A DNA stretch of 64,000 nt, taken from NCBI RefSeq assembly GCF_009914755.1, contig NC_060927.1; one strand, given 5' to 3'. The stretch is from the human T2T-CHM13v2.0 reference genome, Homo sapiens. The notes beneath the pieces were generated by a model. That model made no database searches. It had not been told where the DNA came from and saw only the letters and a program-made list of their open reading frames with translations. The translations under genes were made by a program, and so were the position numbers. Every line of letters starts with the position of its first letter. The first letter of the stretch is position 1. Shown here piece after piece: positions 13,304 through 27,155 of this stretch.

Positions 13304-14032
13304 AAGTGCTAGTCTAGTCACTTCACGCTCTCAAGATGTGTTATCACCATTAATGTTAACTTTTATCACTTGGTTGAGGCAGTGTTTTCAGGTTTTTCAC
13401 TGTGAAGTTACTTTTTTCCCATGTCTATATTGTATGTATGCTTTTGGAGGAAGTCATCATGCAGAGCTCATACTTAAAGGAGTGGGGAGTTAGCCCCACC
13501 TCCTTGATGGCTGTCTGTATCAGGTATTTGGAATTCTTCTGTATAAGAGATTTCTATTCAGCCCATTTGCATATCTGTTTAATCATTTATTTATACCAGT
13601 ATGGGTCCACAGATAGTTACTTTAATCTTTTGGTTGTTATCTAATTGTACAGTATTTTGTTGCTCTTTGTTCATACCTGTGGCCATTGGTAGCTCTTTCC
13701 ACTGGCTTCTTTTACATAATTTCATGTTTTTTTTTTATAATTTATTTCTGTTACTTCAAAAGTACCCTGGCTCATATATTTTCTGTCCCAGTCCTAGTTT
13801 CAGCTATTTCTTCTAATAGCCCTGATTTCTTTTGTTAGAGAATGGTATGAAAAACTTACATCTGGCCACTAAATGTGGTCATTGCATCATGACACTTACA
13901 GCTGACAGTGCAAAGAAATATATGTGTGTCTTCTAACTTATATGTACCCACTTAATTATAAAGGTTTCTATGTGGAACCATCTATGTATATGTTAAGCTA
14001 AATGTGAGTTTATACTTACGTTGTATATATAT

Positions 14033-14546
14033 ATTCTGACTCATGATGACAGAGACCACTCTAGGCTTCCCTATTTTTTATCTGTAACTTCTCACTGTAA
14101 TAGTGAGGAACCTGGCTCCTACCATCTGCCGTATACATTCTGACTCCTGATGACAGAGACCACTCTAGGCTTCCCTGTTTTTTATCTGTAACTTCTCGCT
14201 GTAATAGTGAGGAACCTGGCTCCTACCATCTGCCGTATACATTCTGACTCCTGATGACAGAGACCACTCTAGGCTTCCCTGTTTTTTATCTGTAACTTCT
14301 CGCTGTAATAGTGAGGAACCTGGCTCCTACCATCTGCCGTATACATTCTGACTCCTGATGACAGAGACCACTCTAGGCTTCCCTGTTTTTTATCTGTAAC
14401 TTCTCGCTGTAATAGTGAGGAACCTGGCTCCTACCATCTGCCGTATACATTCTGACTCATGATGACAGAGACCACTCTAGGCTTCCCTGTTTTTTATCTG
14501 TGACTTCTCACTGTAATAGTGAGGAACCTGGCTCCTACTATCTGCC
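14033..14546. repeat. 104-bp tandem repeat, about 5 copies
   Basis: attctgactc(a/c)tgatgacagagaccactctaggc... at 14033, 14137, 14241, 14345, 14449. Confidence 0.97.
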
Positions 14547-14564
14547 ATTCATTTCATCCCTTGT

Positions 14565-15570
14565 ACCACTGGGAACAAGGAATTCATTCTTGATCAAGAT
14601 TCCAGGTTGGGACTTAATAAGAAATATATGTTTGGTCTGTGTCTGCAGTTCCTGGTACAGAGCTTCTAAAACTATTATAATTTCCTGAACAGTAGGGGTG
14701 CTAGGAGCATCTTGTGTTCTAATATTTGGTCTTTGGCCCTGGTTCCTGACGCAGAGTTCCTAAATCTCTTGGAATCTCCTGGATAATAGGAATGGCTTCT
14801 GTTCTAATAAGGACACTCTGTGGGTTCCTGGGTGGTTTCAGGATGGGGATGGTCACCAGAAAGACCAAGCCATGATAAGAAGGTTGTAACTTTTAGCTTA
14901 ACATGCAATCCTTTGAGGGTGTGAAGGGACTGGAAATTGAGTTAATAATCCGTCATGTCTACATGATGAAGCTTCCATAAAAATTCCTAAAATATGGAAT
15001 TTGGAAAGTTCCAGATCAAGGCTGACAGATTTGATGTCTAGTGAGGGCTCATCTATCATAGATAGTGCCTTCTAGCATGTCGTGACATGGCAGAATGGGG
15101 AAACGGGCTCCTAGATGCTTTTATAAGGGCACTGGTTTCATTCATGAGGACAGCACTCTCATGATCCGATCACCTCTCGGTTACCTCTGAATACCATCCC
15201 TTTGGGGATTACATTTCAAAATAGGAATTTGGGGTGGGGGTGTACACACATTGAGACCATAATAACTAGTAAACATAAGTAAGTATTTCCTAGTTCCATA
15301 AGCCATCATAGCAAATTGTCAAACCTGAAGAGGGGGTGTAGGAATGCCTAGTTTCTAGCCAAGTCATATAGAAGTTTGGGTAAACTGGGGATTCACTACT
15401 TGTGATTGGCATCTGAGGTTGTGGACAGTCTGGTGTTACTAAGCCCTTAACCTGTAGGGTGTATACTAACTCCAGGTAATCAGTGTCACAGTTGAATTAC
15501 AGGATACCCAATTGTTTTCCAGAGAGTTGGAATATTGGTTGGTATGGGAAACACCCCCCACCCCCCACAA
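14565..15570. mobile_element. MER21-type LTR interrupted by an MST/MLT (MaLR) LTR fragment (about 15010-15262)
   Basis: cagttcctggtacagagcttctaaaac... (MER21-like); MaLR end gaatttggggtgggg...acacacattgagaccata. Confidence 0.6.
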
Positions 15571-15849
15571 TTTGCTGTTAAAAGTGGAGTGTTGATAGTA
15601 TAGAGGAAAATCATGGTTATTTTTCTTTTTACAGATATAGTAGTTTCAAAATTAACTATTATCCCTATGGGAAATAACTTTATAAAATAGAGTCCACTGT
15701 TCGTGTATATAGTACGTTTTGTTTTTAGTCTATGGATTCTACTCATTTCCAGCTCAGCACCTTTGGCCCACCACTTGCAACATACATTGGTAATACAGTT
15801 AGATTCTTGGTTGCACTCTGTATTTTGTCCTTAGATACTTCCACATCCT

Positions 15850-17340
<1,491 letters not shown>

Positions 17341-17439
17341 CATCACCATTTATGGGAAGGGTATGGATATACTGGCCTTTATTTCGGTTTGAATTTCCAA
17401 AATTATGACACTGAATAAACTGAATATTGAATTTTATAG

Positions 17440-17635
17440 GTATTTCAGGACAGCCAGGAGGGGGCGCACATCCGCCGAGAAACTGTGAGCAAGAGCGTCT
17501 GTGCTGAACCATGGCGCCACCAGAGGGCGCGCGATCCCGCCCCAACCAACTTCCCGCTGAGGTGCCAGAAGCAGCGAGGAGCTTCAGCTTCCTCAGGGCA
17601 GCACGAGGGTCGTGTTAACTTGGTGTTCTTCATTG
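17440..17635 (+). CDS. FAM157: FAM157 putative coding exon 5
   Basis: ttttatag|GTATTTCAG...TTCATTG|gtgagt; [18 protein letters not shown]...GRVNLVFFI. Confidence 0.65.
17451..17532 (+). promoter_or_regulatory. Two strong tandem CTCF motifs (17451-17469, 17514-17532)
   Basis: CAGCCAGGAGGGGGCGCAC and GCGCCACCAGAGGGCGCGC versus consensus TGGCCACCAGGGGGCGCTA. Confidence 0.7.
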
Positions 17636-17749
17636 GTGAGTAAAAAGCTCCTGTCCACGGCCCTGAGTGCCAAGGAGTGAGTCTTTAGAGTACTCAGCAG
17701 AGGAAGAAATTCATCTAGAAAAATAAAACCCCCAAATCTCACTGTTTGG

Positions 17750-20700
17750 AGTACACCCTAATATCATTGTCAACGTCCAAGACACAGTGGCTGTTAATAT
17801 ATATTCTTACAGTGGCCTCTAATATAATAATCACACTGTGCCCTACATTACTATGATATCCACACCGTGTCCTAACACCTATATAATATTCACACCATGC
17901 CCTAACACTGATGTAATCCACACCATCGCTTCCAAAACTAATGTAATAATATCCACACCATGCCCTAACACTGATGTAATCCACACCATCGCTTCCAATA
18001 CTAATGTAATAATATCCACACCATGCCCTAACACTGATGTAATCCACACCATCGCTTCCAATATTAATGTAATAATATCCACACTGTGCCCTAACACCCA
18101 TATAATATTCGCACCATGCCCTATCAATGATCTAGTCCACACCATCGCTTCCAATACTAATGTAATAATATCCACACCATGCCCTATCACTGATCTAGTC
18201 CACACCATCACTTCCAATACTAATGTAATAATATCCACAGCATGCCCTATCACTGATCTAGTCCACACCATCGCTTCCAATACTAATGTAATAATATCCA
18301 CAGCATGCCCTATCACTGATCTAGTCCACACCATCGCTTCCAATACTAATGTAATAATATCCACAGCATGCCCTATCACTGATCTAATCCACACCATCGC
18401 TTCCAATACTAATGTAATAATATCCACAGCATGCCCTATCACTGATCTAGTCCACACCATCGCTTCCAATACTAATGTAATAATATCCACACCATGCCCT
18501 ATCACTGATCTAATCCACACCATCGCTTCCAATACTAATGTAATAATATCCACACCATGCCCTAACACTGATGTACTCCACACCATCGCTTCCAATACTA
18601 ATGTAATAATATCCACACCATGCCCTATCACTGATCTAGTCCACACCATCGCTTCCAATAGTAATGTAGTAATATCCACACCATGCCCTATCACTGATCT
18701 AGTCCACACCATCGCTTCCAATACTAATGTAATAATATCCACACCATGCCCTAACACTGATCTAGTCCACACCATCGCTTCCAATACTAATGTAGTAATA
18801 TCCACACCATGCCCTATCACTGATCTAGTCCACACCATCACTTCCAATACTAATGTGATAATATCCACACCATGCCCTATCAGTGATCTAATCCACACCA
18901 TGGCTTCCAATACTAATGTAGTAATATCCACACCATGCCCTATCACTGATCTAGTCCACACCATCGCTTCCAATACTAATGTAGTAATATCCACACCATG
19001 CCCGATCACAGATCTAGTCCACACCATCGCTTCCAATACTAATGTAATAATATCCACACCATGCCCTATCACTGATCTAGTCCACACCATCGCTTCCAAT
19101 ACTAATGTAATAATATCCACACCATGCCCTATCACTGATCTAGTCCACACCATCGCTTCCAATACTAATGTAATAATATCCACACCATGCCCTAACACTG
19201 ATCTAGTCCACACCATCGCTTCCAATGCTAATGTAATAATATCCACACCATGCCCTATCACTGATCTAGTCCACACCATCGCTTCCAATACTAATGTAAT
19301 AATATCGACACCATGCCCTATCACTGATCTAATCCACACCATCGCTTCCAATACTAATGTAATAATATCCACACCATGCCCTATCACTGATCTAGTCCAC
19401 ACCATCGCTTCCAATACTAATGTAGTAATATCCACACCATGACCGATCACAGATCTAGTCCACACCATCGCTTCCAATACTAATGTAATAATATCCACAC
19501 CATGCCCTATCACTGATCTAATCCACACCATCGCTTCCAATACTAATGTAATAATATCCACACCATGCCCTATCACTGATCTAGTCCACACCATCGCTTC
19601 CAATACTAATGTGATAATATCCACACCATGCCCTATCACTGATCTAATCCACACCATCGCTTCCAATACTAATGTAATAATATCCACACCATGCCCTATC
19701 ACTGATCCAATCCACACCATCGCTTCCAATACTAATGTAGTAATATCCACACCATGCCCTATCACTGATCTAGTTCACACCATCGCTTCCAATACTAATG
19801 TGGTAATATCCACACCATGCCCTATCACTGATCTAATCCACACCATCGCTTCCAATACTAATGTAATAATATCCACACCATGCCCTATCACTGATGTAAT
19901 CCACACCATCGCTTCCAGTACTAATGTAATAATATCCACACCATGCCCTATCACTGATCTAATCCACACCATCGCTTCCAATACTAATGTAGTAATATCC
20001 ACACCATGCCCTATCACTGATCTAATCCACACCATCGCTTCCAATACTAATGTAATAATATCCACACCATGCCCTATGAATGATCTAATCCACACCATCG
20101 CTTCCAATACTAATGTAATAATATCCACACCATGCCGTAACACTGATCTAGTCCACACCATCGCTTCCAATACTAATGTAATAATATCCACAGCATGCCC
20201 TATCACTGATCTAGTCCACACCATCGCTTCCAATACTAATGTAATAATATCCACACCATGCCCTATCACTGATCTAATCCACACCATCGCTTCCAATACT
20301 AATGTAGTAATATCCACACCATGCCCTATCACTAATCTAATCCACACCATCGCTTCCAATACTAATGTAATAATATCCACACCATGCCCTAACACTGATC
20401 TAGTCCACACCATCGCTTCCAATACTAATGTAGTAATATCCACACCATGCCGTATCACTGATCTAGTCCACACCATCGCTTCCAATGCTAATGTAATAAT
20501 ATCCACAACATGCCCTATCACTGATCTAGTCCACACCATCGCTTCCAATACTAATGTAATAATATCCACACCATGCCCTATCACTGATCTAATCCACACC
20601 ATCGCTTCTAATACTAATGTAATAATATCCACACCATGCCCTAACACTAATGTAATATCTGCACCATTCCCCAACACCGATACAATATCCACACCATTCC

Positions 20701-20790
20701 CTAACACTAATCTAAATATCCATAGCATGCCCTAACAGTAATATATTGACACAGTGGCCTCTAATACCAATAAATATAATCATATCTACT
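17750..20790. repeat. 63-bp VNTR (about 43-44 units, about 17890-20640) with degenerate ~30-bp SATR-like flanks
   Basis: Unit tccacaccatgccctatcactgatctag (28) + tccacaccatcgcttccaatactaatgtaataata (35). Confidence 0.97.
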
Positions 20791-20997
20791 AAGTGGACTC
20801 TGTTGACATTGAGACTTTTTTAAGGGTTTTACAGCTTTGGCTGAACTATAGCCTCTGTAATGGATTTTAATGATGTGTCTGCTTTCCTGGCATGGTATTG
20901 ACATGGTTGTTTTAAAAAGTAACTTATTTTCCAATAATGTCATATTTCTAGGCAACTTCCAGTAGTAGTACAAAGTACAACTTGTTTCTTCCCTTAG

Positions 20998-21065
20998 GTT
21001 CCCCAACAGTTATTGCTGTACCAGATTTGCAGTGTCCCACAAAATACTCCGGTATGTTGTACTGA
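20998..21065 (+). CDS. FAM157: FAM157 putative terminal coding exon ([22 protein letters not shown])
   Basis: cttgtttcttcccttag|GTTCCCC, in phase with exon 5; TGA 21063-21065. Confidence 0.6.
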
Positions 21066-21289
21066 AAGCATGGACACTCTCCCAGGTAACTACCACATAA
21101 CCCCTAGATCAGGAAATCAGCATTGTTCCTCCATGATAATTCGGTCCACAAACTCACTTCACTTTTACCTCATGCCACACTTGGGAGTATAATGTGTATT
21201 TTTTTTTTTTTCATTAGGATCCAGTTTTCTTTTCCTGGAACTGTTCCCCAGACTTTCCTGCGTATTTATGACCTTGACACATTTAAAGA

Positions 21290-21730
21290 GCATACAGGTT
21301 TTTGTTTGAACAGTTGTTTTCAGGTCTTTGGGGTATATACCTAGGAATGGAATTATTGACTCATATGGTAAATATATTTGTAACTTTATGAGGAAACATC
21401 AAATTATTTCACACGTAGGCTGCACCATTTCATATTGTCACAAGCAGTGTTTAAGAGTTCAAGTTTCTGCACATCTTTGTCAACACTTGTTAGTTTTTAG
21501 TATAACTATTCTTGTGTGAGTTAAGGGTTATCTCTTTATGGTTTTAATTATGGTAATGATGCTAAGCATCTTTTCATGTGCTTGTTGGTGAAGTGTGTAT
21601 TAAAGTCTTTTGTCAATTTTTAGATTGGGTTGTCTTTGCTATGGAGTTGTAAAAGTTCTTTATACATTCTGGATAACAGACACTGATGAAGTATCTAATG
21701 TGCAGACATTTTCTTCCATTTTATAGGTTG
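21290..21730 (-). mobile_element. L1M fragment
   Basis: gggtatatacctaggaatggaattattgactcatatggta... antisense L1 3' region. Confidence 0.75.
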
Positions 21731-23010
21731 TTGGAACGTAATAAGAGTTAATGTGTGGTCTCTGCTGCAGTGTCCTGAAACAGAGCGCTAAGCCTTGGGA
21801 ATGTACGAAGTAATGTGTCTTTCGTATGCTAATGAAATGATTGATGGCTGGGGGCACCTGGACAGCCTCAGTGGGTCTGGCTGCCAAGGGAAGCAACCTT
21901 GTCATGAGAGGATTTGAAATTTCTTCCCCCGTCCCGTCTCTGTGAAGGGGAGAGGTGCTGATGGTTGAGTTGATCACCTATGGCCACAGACGTAACCAAT
22001 CTGCCTGTGTAATAAAGGACAGGGTTGGGAGAGCATCTGTGTTGCTCTCCCAACACAGGAGATACTGGGAGGATCATATCTGGCGAGGGCATGGGAGGCC
22101 TGCATTCCTTCCATATACCTCACCTTGTGCATCTCTTCATCTGGCTTTTCATTTGTAGCATTTAAAAGATCCTTGGTAATGAGTCAGGAATAGTAAGTAC
22201 ACTGCTTTCATGGGTTGTGTAATGTTATGTAGCAAATTGCTGAACCCAATAAGGGTGTTGTGGGAGCCTCCAATCTGTAGCAAAGTCAGACAGAAGGTAA
22301 CCTGGGAACCTACTGTTTGTGGTTGGCATCTTAAGTGGTTACAGTCTTGTAACTGAGTACCCATATTTTCTTAAAGAAGAAATGAATTAGTTTTACCATT
22401 TTGCTGTTCCTGCATTTAGCTCTTTAGGAATGCAATTATAAGCTTTACTGTCTCTCCACCAGACACTTCCTATACTGCAAACTTTTCCAACTGTGTGATT
22501 ACTTGTAAGTTCCAGGGACCAAACCTTGAAACAAACTGGCACTTCCCTATCTCTCCCCCACCAGGAGATTGGCAGCAGACAACAGTCAATTTACAACCTG
22601 GCTCTGCCCGTGGTGGTGCTAGCAAGACCACCTAATGGAGAAAACATCAGAGCATGTCCCATAGACCCCGCACCTCCTCACCTCATCCCCTGCATGCCAT
22701 TCTGGCAAGTCCGAAGGCCCCGCTTTCTGCCCAGAAAGTGGAAGCGCTTCCCTTAAGGCAAGAGCCTGTATGTTCCCTTCAGCTAAGCTCTGGCATAAAG
22801 TCACTTTCTTTTTACCATCCTTGTGTTTGTCATTTAAATTTGCAAGCAACAAGGGGCATGACGTGTATTCCTAGGACTGAGCCCTTAGCCTGTGGGGTCT
22901 GATGCTTTCTCCATTTACTGTCACAATTGGATTGCACTGTAGGACACCCAGCTGGTACCCAAGATTTGGTCTGTGTGGGGAAAAAACCCATGTATCTGGT
23001 AACAGAAGTG
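21730..23010. mobile_element. MER21-type LTR with a second LTR nested (about 22365-22870)
   Basis: MER21-like pieces similar to 14565-15570 (aaattgctgaaccc, ttggcatct, gagcccttagcctgtgggg) interrupted by unrelated LTR-like sequence. Confidence 0.55.
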
Positions 23011-23059
23011 TTCTGTGTTGAGTGTTGAGAGTATACTATAAGACAGTTGTTTTTCCTAT

Positions 23060-23860
23060 TATAACATTTTGTCTTTCAACTTTTTTCTTCATGTCTTCTG
23101 AGACATAAAAGTTGTGAATTTTGAGGAAATAAATTGATTTATTTTTCCTTTTGTGGTCTGTGCTTTTGGTGTCAGATGTAGGAAACTATTGCTATGTGTA
23201 AGGTCATGAATGCTTAACTGTACGTTTTCTCCCAGAGTTTTTAGTTTTCACCTGTTTTGGTCTTTGATCCATTGTAAGTTAATTTTTTATGTGGTATGAG
23301 GTAAGGATACAATTTCATTTCCCTTTATGTGGATAGCAAGTTGCCTTACATCACTTGTTGAGGACAGGATTCTTTCCCCAATTTACTGGTAATGGACCTT
23401 GTCTAAAATCAGTTGAGCATAGAGGTATTGTTTTCTGTCTGGACTCCCAATTCAATTCAGTTGATCTTTCTGTTTATTCCTGTGCAAGGATCCCACTGTT
23501 TTTATTACTGTTCCTTTGTAATAAAATTTGAAATTGGGATGTGATCAGGATCAGCTTATCCACTTCTGTCCCAAGGCCTTTGGGATTTTTGTAGGAATAA
23601 CATCGAATCCACGGATTGCTTTGTGTACTTTGGGAAACTTAACAATGTGGTCTACAAATCCACAAATAAGATACATTTTTACATTTATTGGAAGTTTAAT
23701 TTCCTTAAGTAATGTCTTATAATTTCCCTCATCTAAGTCTTGTCGTTTCATTCCATTTATTCCTAAGTATAATATTGCTATTGGTATTATTTAAGGTAGA
23801 ATTTTCATAATTTGGTTTAGAGATTATTCATTCCTAGCATATACATATAAAATGGAATGT
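23060..23860 (-). mobile_element. L1M ORF2 3' fragment
   Basis: ORF 23551-23751 QDLDEGNYKTLLKEIK...KAIRGFDVIPTKIP resembles L1 ORF2 KDLYKENYKTLLKEIK...KAIYRFNAIPIKLP. Confidence 0.85.
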
Positions 23861-23862
23861 TT

Positions 23863-23918
23863 GGCCAGGCACCCGGGCTCATACCTGTAACCCAAGCAGG
23901 TTGAGAGGCTGAGGAAGG
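23863..23918 (+). mobile_element. 5' Alu stub (about 55 bp) truncated by telomeric repeats
   Basis: ggccaggcacccgggctcatacctgtaacccaagcaggttgagaggctgaggaagg, then directly gttagggttaggg. Confidence 0.85.
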
Positions 23919-25755
23919 GTTAGGGTTAGGGTTGGGGTTGGGGTTGGGGTTAGGCTTAGGGCTTAGGGCTAGGGCTAGGGCTAGGGCTAGAGTTAGGGTT
24001 GGGTTAGGGTTGGGTTAGGGTAGGGTTAGGGTTAGGGGTTAGGGGTTAGGGGTTAGGGTTCGGGTTCGGGTTTGGGTTATGGTTAGGGTTCGGGTTTAGG
24101 GTTCAGGTTTATGGTTCGGGTTAGGGTTCAGGTTAGGGTTCTGGTTGGGTTTAGTGTTAGGGTTTAGGGTTCGGGTTTGGGTTAGGGGTTAGGGGTTAGG
24201 GTTAGGGGTGTGGGTGAGGGTGAGAATGAAGGTTAAGGGTTAGGGTTAGGGGTTAGGGTTAGGGTTAGGGTTAGGGTTAGGGGTTAGGGTTAAGGATTAA
24301 GGGTTAAGGGTCAGGGTCAGGGGTTTGGGTCAAGGGTTAGGGTTAGGGGTTAAGAGTTAGGGGTTAGGGATTATGGTTTGGGTGAGGGGTGAGGGGTGAG
24401 GGTGAGGGTTAGGGTTAGCGTTTTAGGGTTATGGTTAGGGTTAAGGGTTAGGGTTAGGGGTTAGGGGTTAAGGGTTAGGGGTAGGATAAGGGTAGGGTTA
24501 GGGTTAGGGTTAGGGTTAGGGTAAGGATTAGGGTTAGGGTTAGGGTTAGGGTTCGGGTTTAGGGTTCAGGTTTATGGTTCGGGTTAGGGTTCAGGTTAGG
24601 GTTCTGGTTGGGTTTAGTGTTAGGGTTTAGGGTTAGGGTTAGGGTTAGGGTTGGGTTAGGGTTAGGGTTCGGGTTAGGGTTAGGGTTAGGGTTAGGGTTA
24701 GGGTTAGGGTTCGGGTTTAGGGTTCAGGTTTATGGTTCGGGTTAGGGTTCAGGTTAGGTTTCTGGTTGGGTTTAGTGTTAGGGTTTAGGGTTCGGGTTTG
24801 GGTTAGGGGTTAGGGGTTAGGGTTAGGGGTGTGGGTGAGGGTGAGGATGAAGGTTAAGGGTTAGGGTTAGGGGTTAGGGTTAGGGTTAGGGTTAAGGGTT
24901 AGGGTTAGGGTTAGGGTTAGGGGTTAGGGTTAAGGGTTAAGGGTCAGGGTCAGGGTCAGGGGTTTGGGTCAAGGGTTAGGGTCAAGTGTTAGGGTTAGGG
25001 GTTAAGAGTTAAGGCTTAGGGATTATGGTTTGGGTGAGGGGTGAGGGGTGAGGGTGAGGGTTAGGGTTAGGGGTTAGGGTTAGGGTTAGGGTTAGGGTTA
25101 GGGATGTGGGTGAGGGTGAGGATGAAGGTTAGGGTTAGGGTTAGGGTTAGGGTTAGGGTTAGGGTTAGGGTTAGGGGTGTGGGTGAGGGTGAGGATGAAG
25201 GTTAAGGGTTAGGTTTAGGGGTTAGGGTTAGGGTTAGGGTTAAGGGTTAGGGTTAGGGTTAAGGGTTAAGGGTCAGGGTCAGGGGTTAGGGTTAGGGTTA
25301 GGGTTAGGGTTAGGGTTAGGGGTGTGGGTGAGGGTGAGGATGAAGGTTAAGGGTTAGGTTTAGGGGTTAGGGTTAGGGTTAGGGTTAAGGGTTAGGGTTA
25401 GGGTTAAGGGTTAAGGGTCAGGGTCAGGGGTTTGGGTCAAGGGTTAGGGTCAAGGGTTAGGGTTAGGGGTTAAGAGTTAGGGGTTAGGGATTATGGTTTG
25501 GGTGAGGGGTGAGGGGTGAGGGTGAGGGTTAGGGTTAGCGTTTTAGGGTTATGGTTTGGGTTAAGGGTTAGGGTTAGGGGTTAGGGGTTAAGGGTTAGGG
25601 GTAGGATAAGGGTAAGGATTAGGGTTAGGGTCAGGGTAAGGGTAAGGGTAAGGATTAGGGTTAGGATTAGGGTTAGGGTTAGGGTTAGGGTTTTAGGGTT
25701 AGGGTGTTAGGGTTAGGGTTAGGGTTAGGATTAGGGTTAGGTTTAGGGTTAGGGT
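23916..25755 (+). repeat. Interstitial telomeric sequence, degenerate (TTAGGG)n, about 1.84 kb, single orientation
   Basis: TTAGGG with variants TTGGGG, CTAGGG, TTCGGG, TGAGGG, TCAGGG, TTAAGGG, TTAGGGG. Confidence 0.99.
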
Positions 25756-26936
25756 ACTGTAAATAATTTCACATTATTACTAATAATAAATTATTATTTG
25801 TATTACACTATTACATAATGTAAAGGCTATTAAGACATGTTTGTCTTCAAAGAATGGCGTTGGTTTCTGTGGGCAGTGCCTCCTCATGGAAGGGTAATGC
25901 ATTCCTGCTAAATCATGGACTAAACGGGCTTCCAGGAGCTACAGGCTGCAGCAGCAGCTTCTCCTCTACGTCCTTCACTGCCTCAAACTGTTGTTGACTT
26001 TGAAAGCTTCTTTCAGTCTAGTTTTATCAACAGAGCTAGTATTTCGTGAGGTTCTACTACATACCAGGTTCCAGAAAGCTAAATGCCTTTTGTTTGTTAT
26101 TATTCTCTAAATACAAATCACAACTCCTCATTACTCACACAACAAAATTTAGCTGCGGGAGATTGAGTGACTTTCCCAGGGTCACATAGCTACTAAGAGC
26201 AGAGTCGTGTTTAGATTCATGTGGGAATATTGAACACAGAAATGAACCAGTGGAAACATCCTATGTTCCAAAAGCCTACTCAAGCCATTTGTTCTTATTT
26301 TAAGGAAAATCTTTATGCTAATTTTAAACTCCAAATACTTACGAATGGCAGAGATCTACAGATTTGATTCTGATGTAAGAAATGATGGTCACCAGCTGGT
26401 TACTGCTACCACCCCACAACCCCGAGCATACTGGACGAATGTCTAAGCCTTGTGGTTAGTGGGGACAATGCTGGTGGAGTCTGAAGTTGTCATGCAGTGA
26501 CTCATGCAAGCTTAGGCAGATTTGGTGATATATGACACAGAGATGCAAAGAAATGTTGTAGCTGACACACACAGGCTGGCTCTGGGAGATGCAGAAGGAG
26601 CACGTCACCCAAAATAGAGCCAGACAGACATCCTTAAGGAAGGAGCAAAGGGGCTGCATCTTAAAGAATGTAGAAAGGATTTGTCATGAGAGATGGGGCA
26701 GGAAGTTCTTGAGAGGCAGAGGGAGAGCATGAGAATGTTGGGAAGGGAGGAGAGATTCTTGCACATCTGGGAAGCTGACAATCCATCAGCATGGCCAGAA
26801 GGAAAATAAGGAGGAGGAGCAGAAATAGATGAGGCTGGATATAGAAGCAGGGCTGAAGCTGTGTCAATTGTGGTAAAGAGTTGTGATTCTATCCAGAACG
26901 CAATAGGTAGCATTCTAAACAGAGATCTTTTAAAAC

Positions 26937-27155
26937 AAGAGTCAGCAAGTATTTTCTGCAAGGGGCTAAATGTTAAATATTTTAAGTTTTCCAAGCCATA
27001 TGGTCTCTCTCTCAATGACTCAGCTCTTCCATTATACCATGAAAGTAGCCAGAGACATTATGTAACACATGTATTGGCTGTGTCCCATTACAACTTTACT
27101 TACAAACGCAGACTGTGTCAGACATGGTCCATGCATGGTAGTTTGCCACACTCTG
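26937..27155 (+). mobile_element. MER58A-like hAT DNA transposon
   Basis: gagtcagcaagtattttctgcaagggg...gactcagctc...ggctgtgtcccattacaactttact...tagtttgccacactctg. Confidence 0.75.

Noticed and set aside
17838-20735. ORFs of 534, 628, 374 and 317 aa as mucin-like or repeat proteins
   Set aside because: By-product of a 63-bp (3n) VNTR, open on both strands, with non-ATG starts on + (GTG at 17838 and 19611) and no signal peptide or unique domain
23916-25755. Head-to-head telomere fusion like the chromosome 2 fusion site
   Set aside because: All repeats are G-rich on +; there is no switch to CCCTAA
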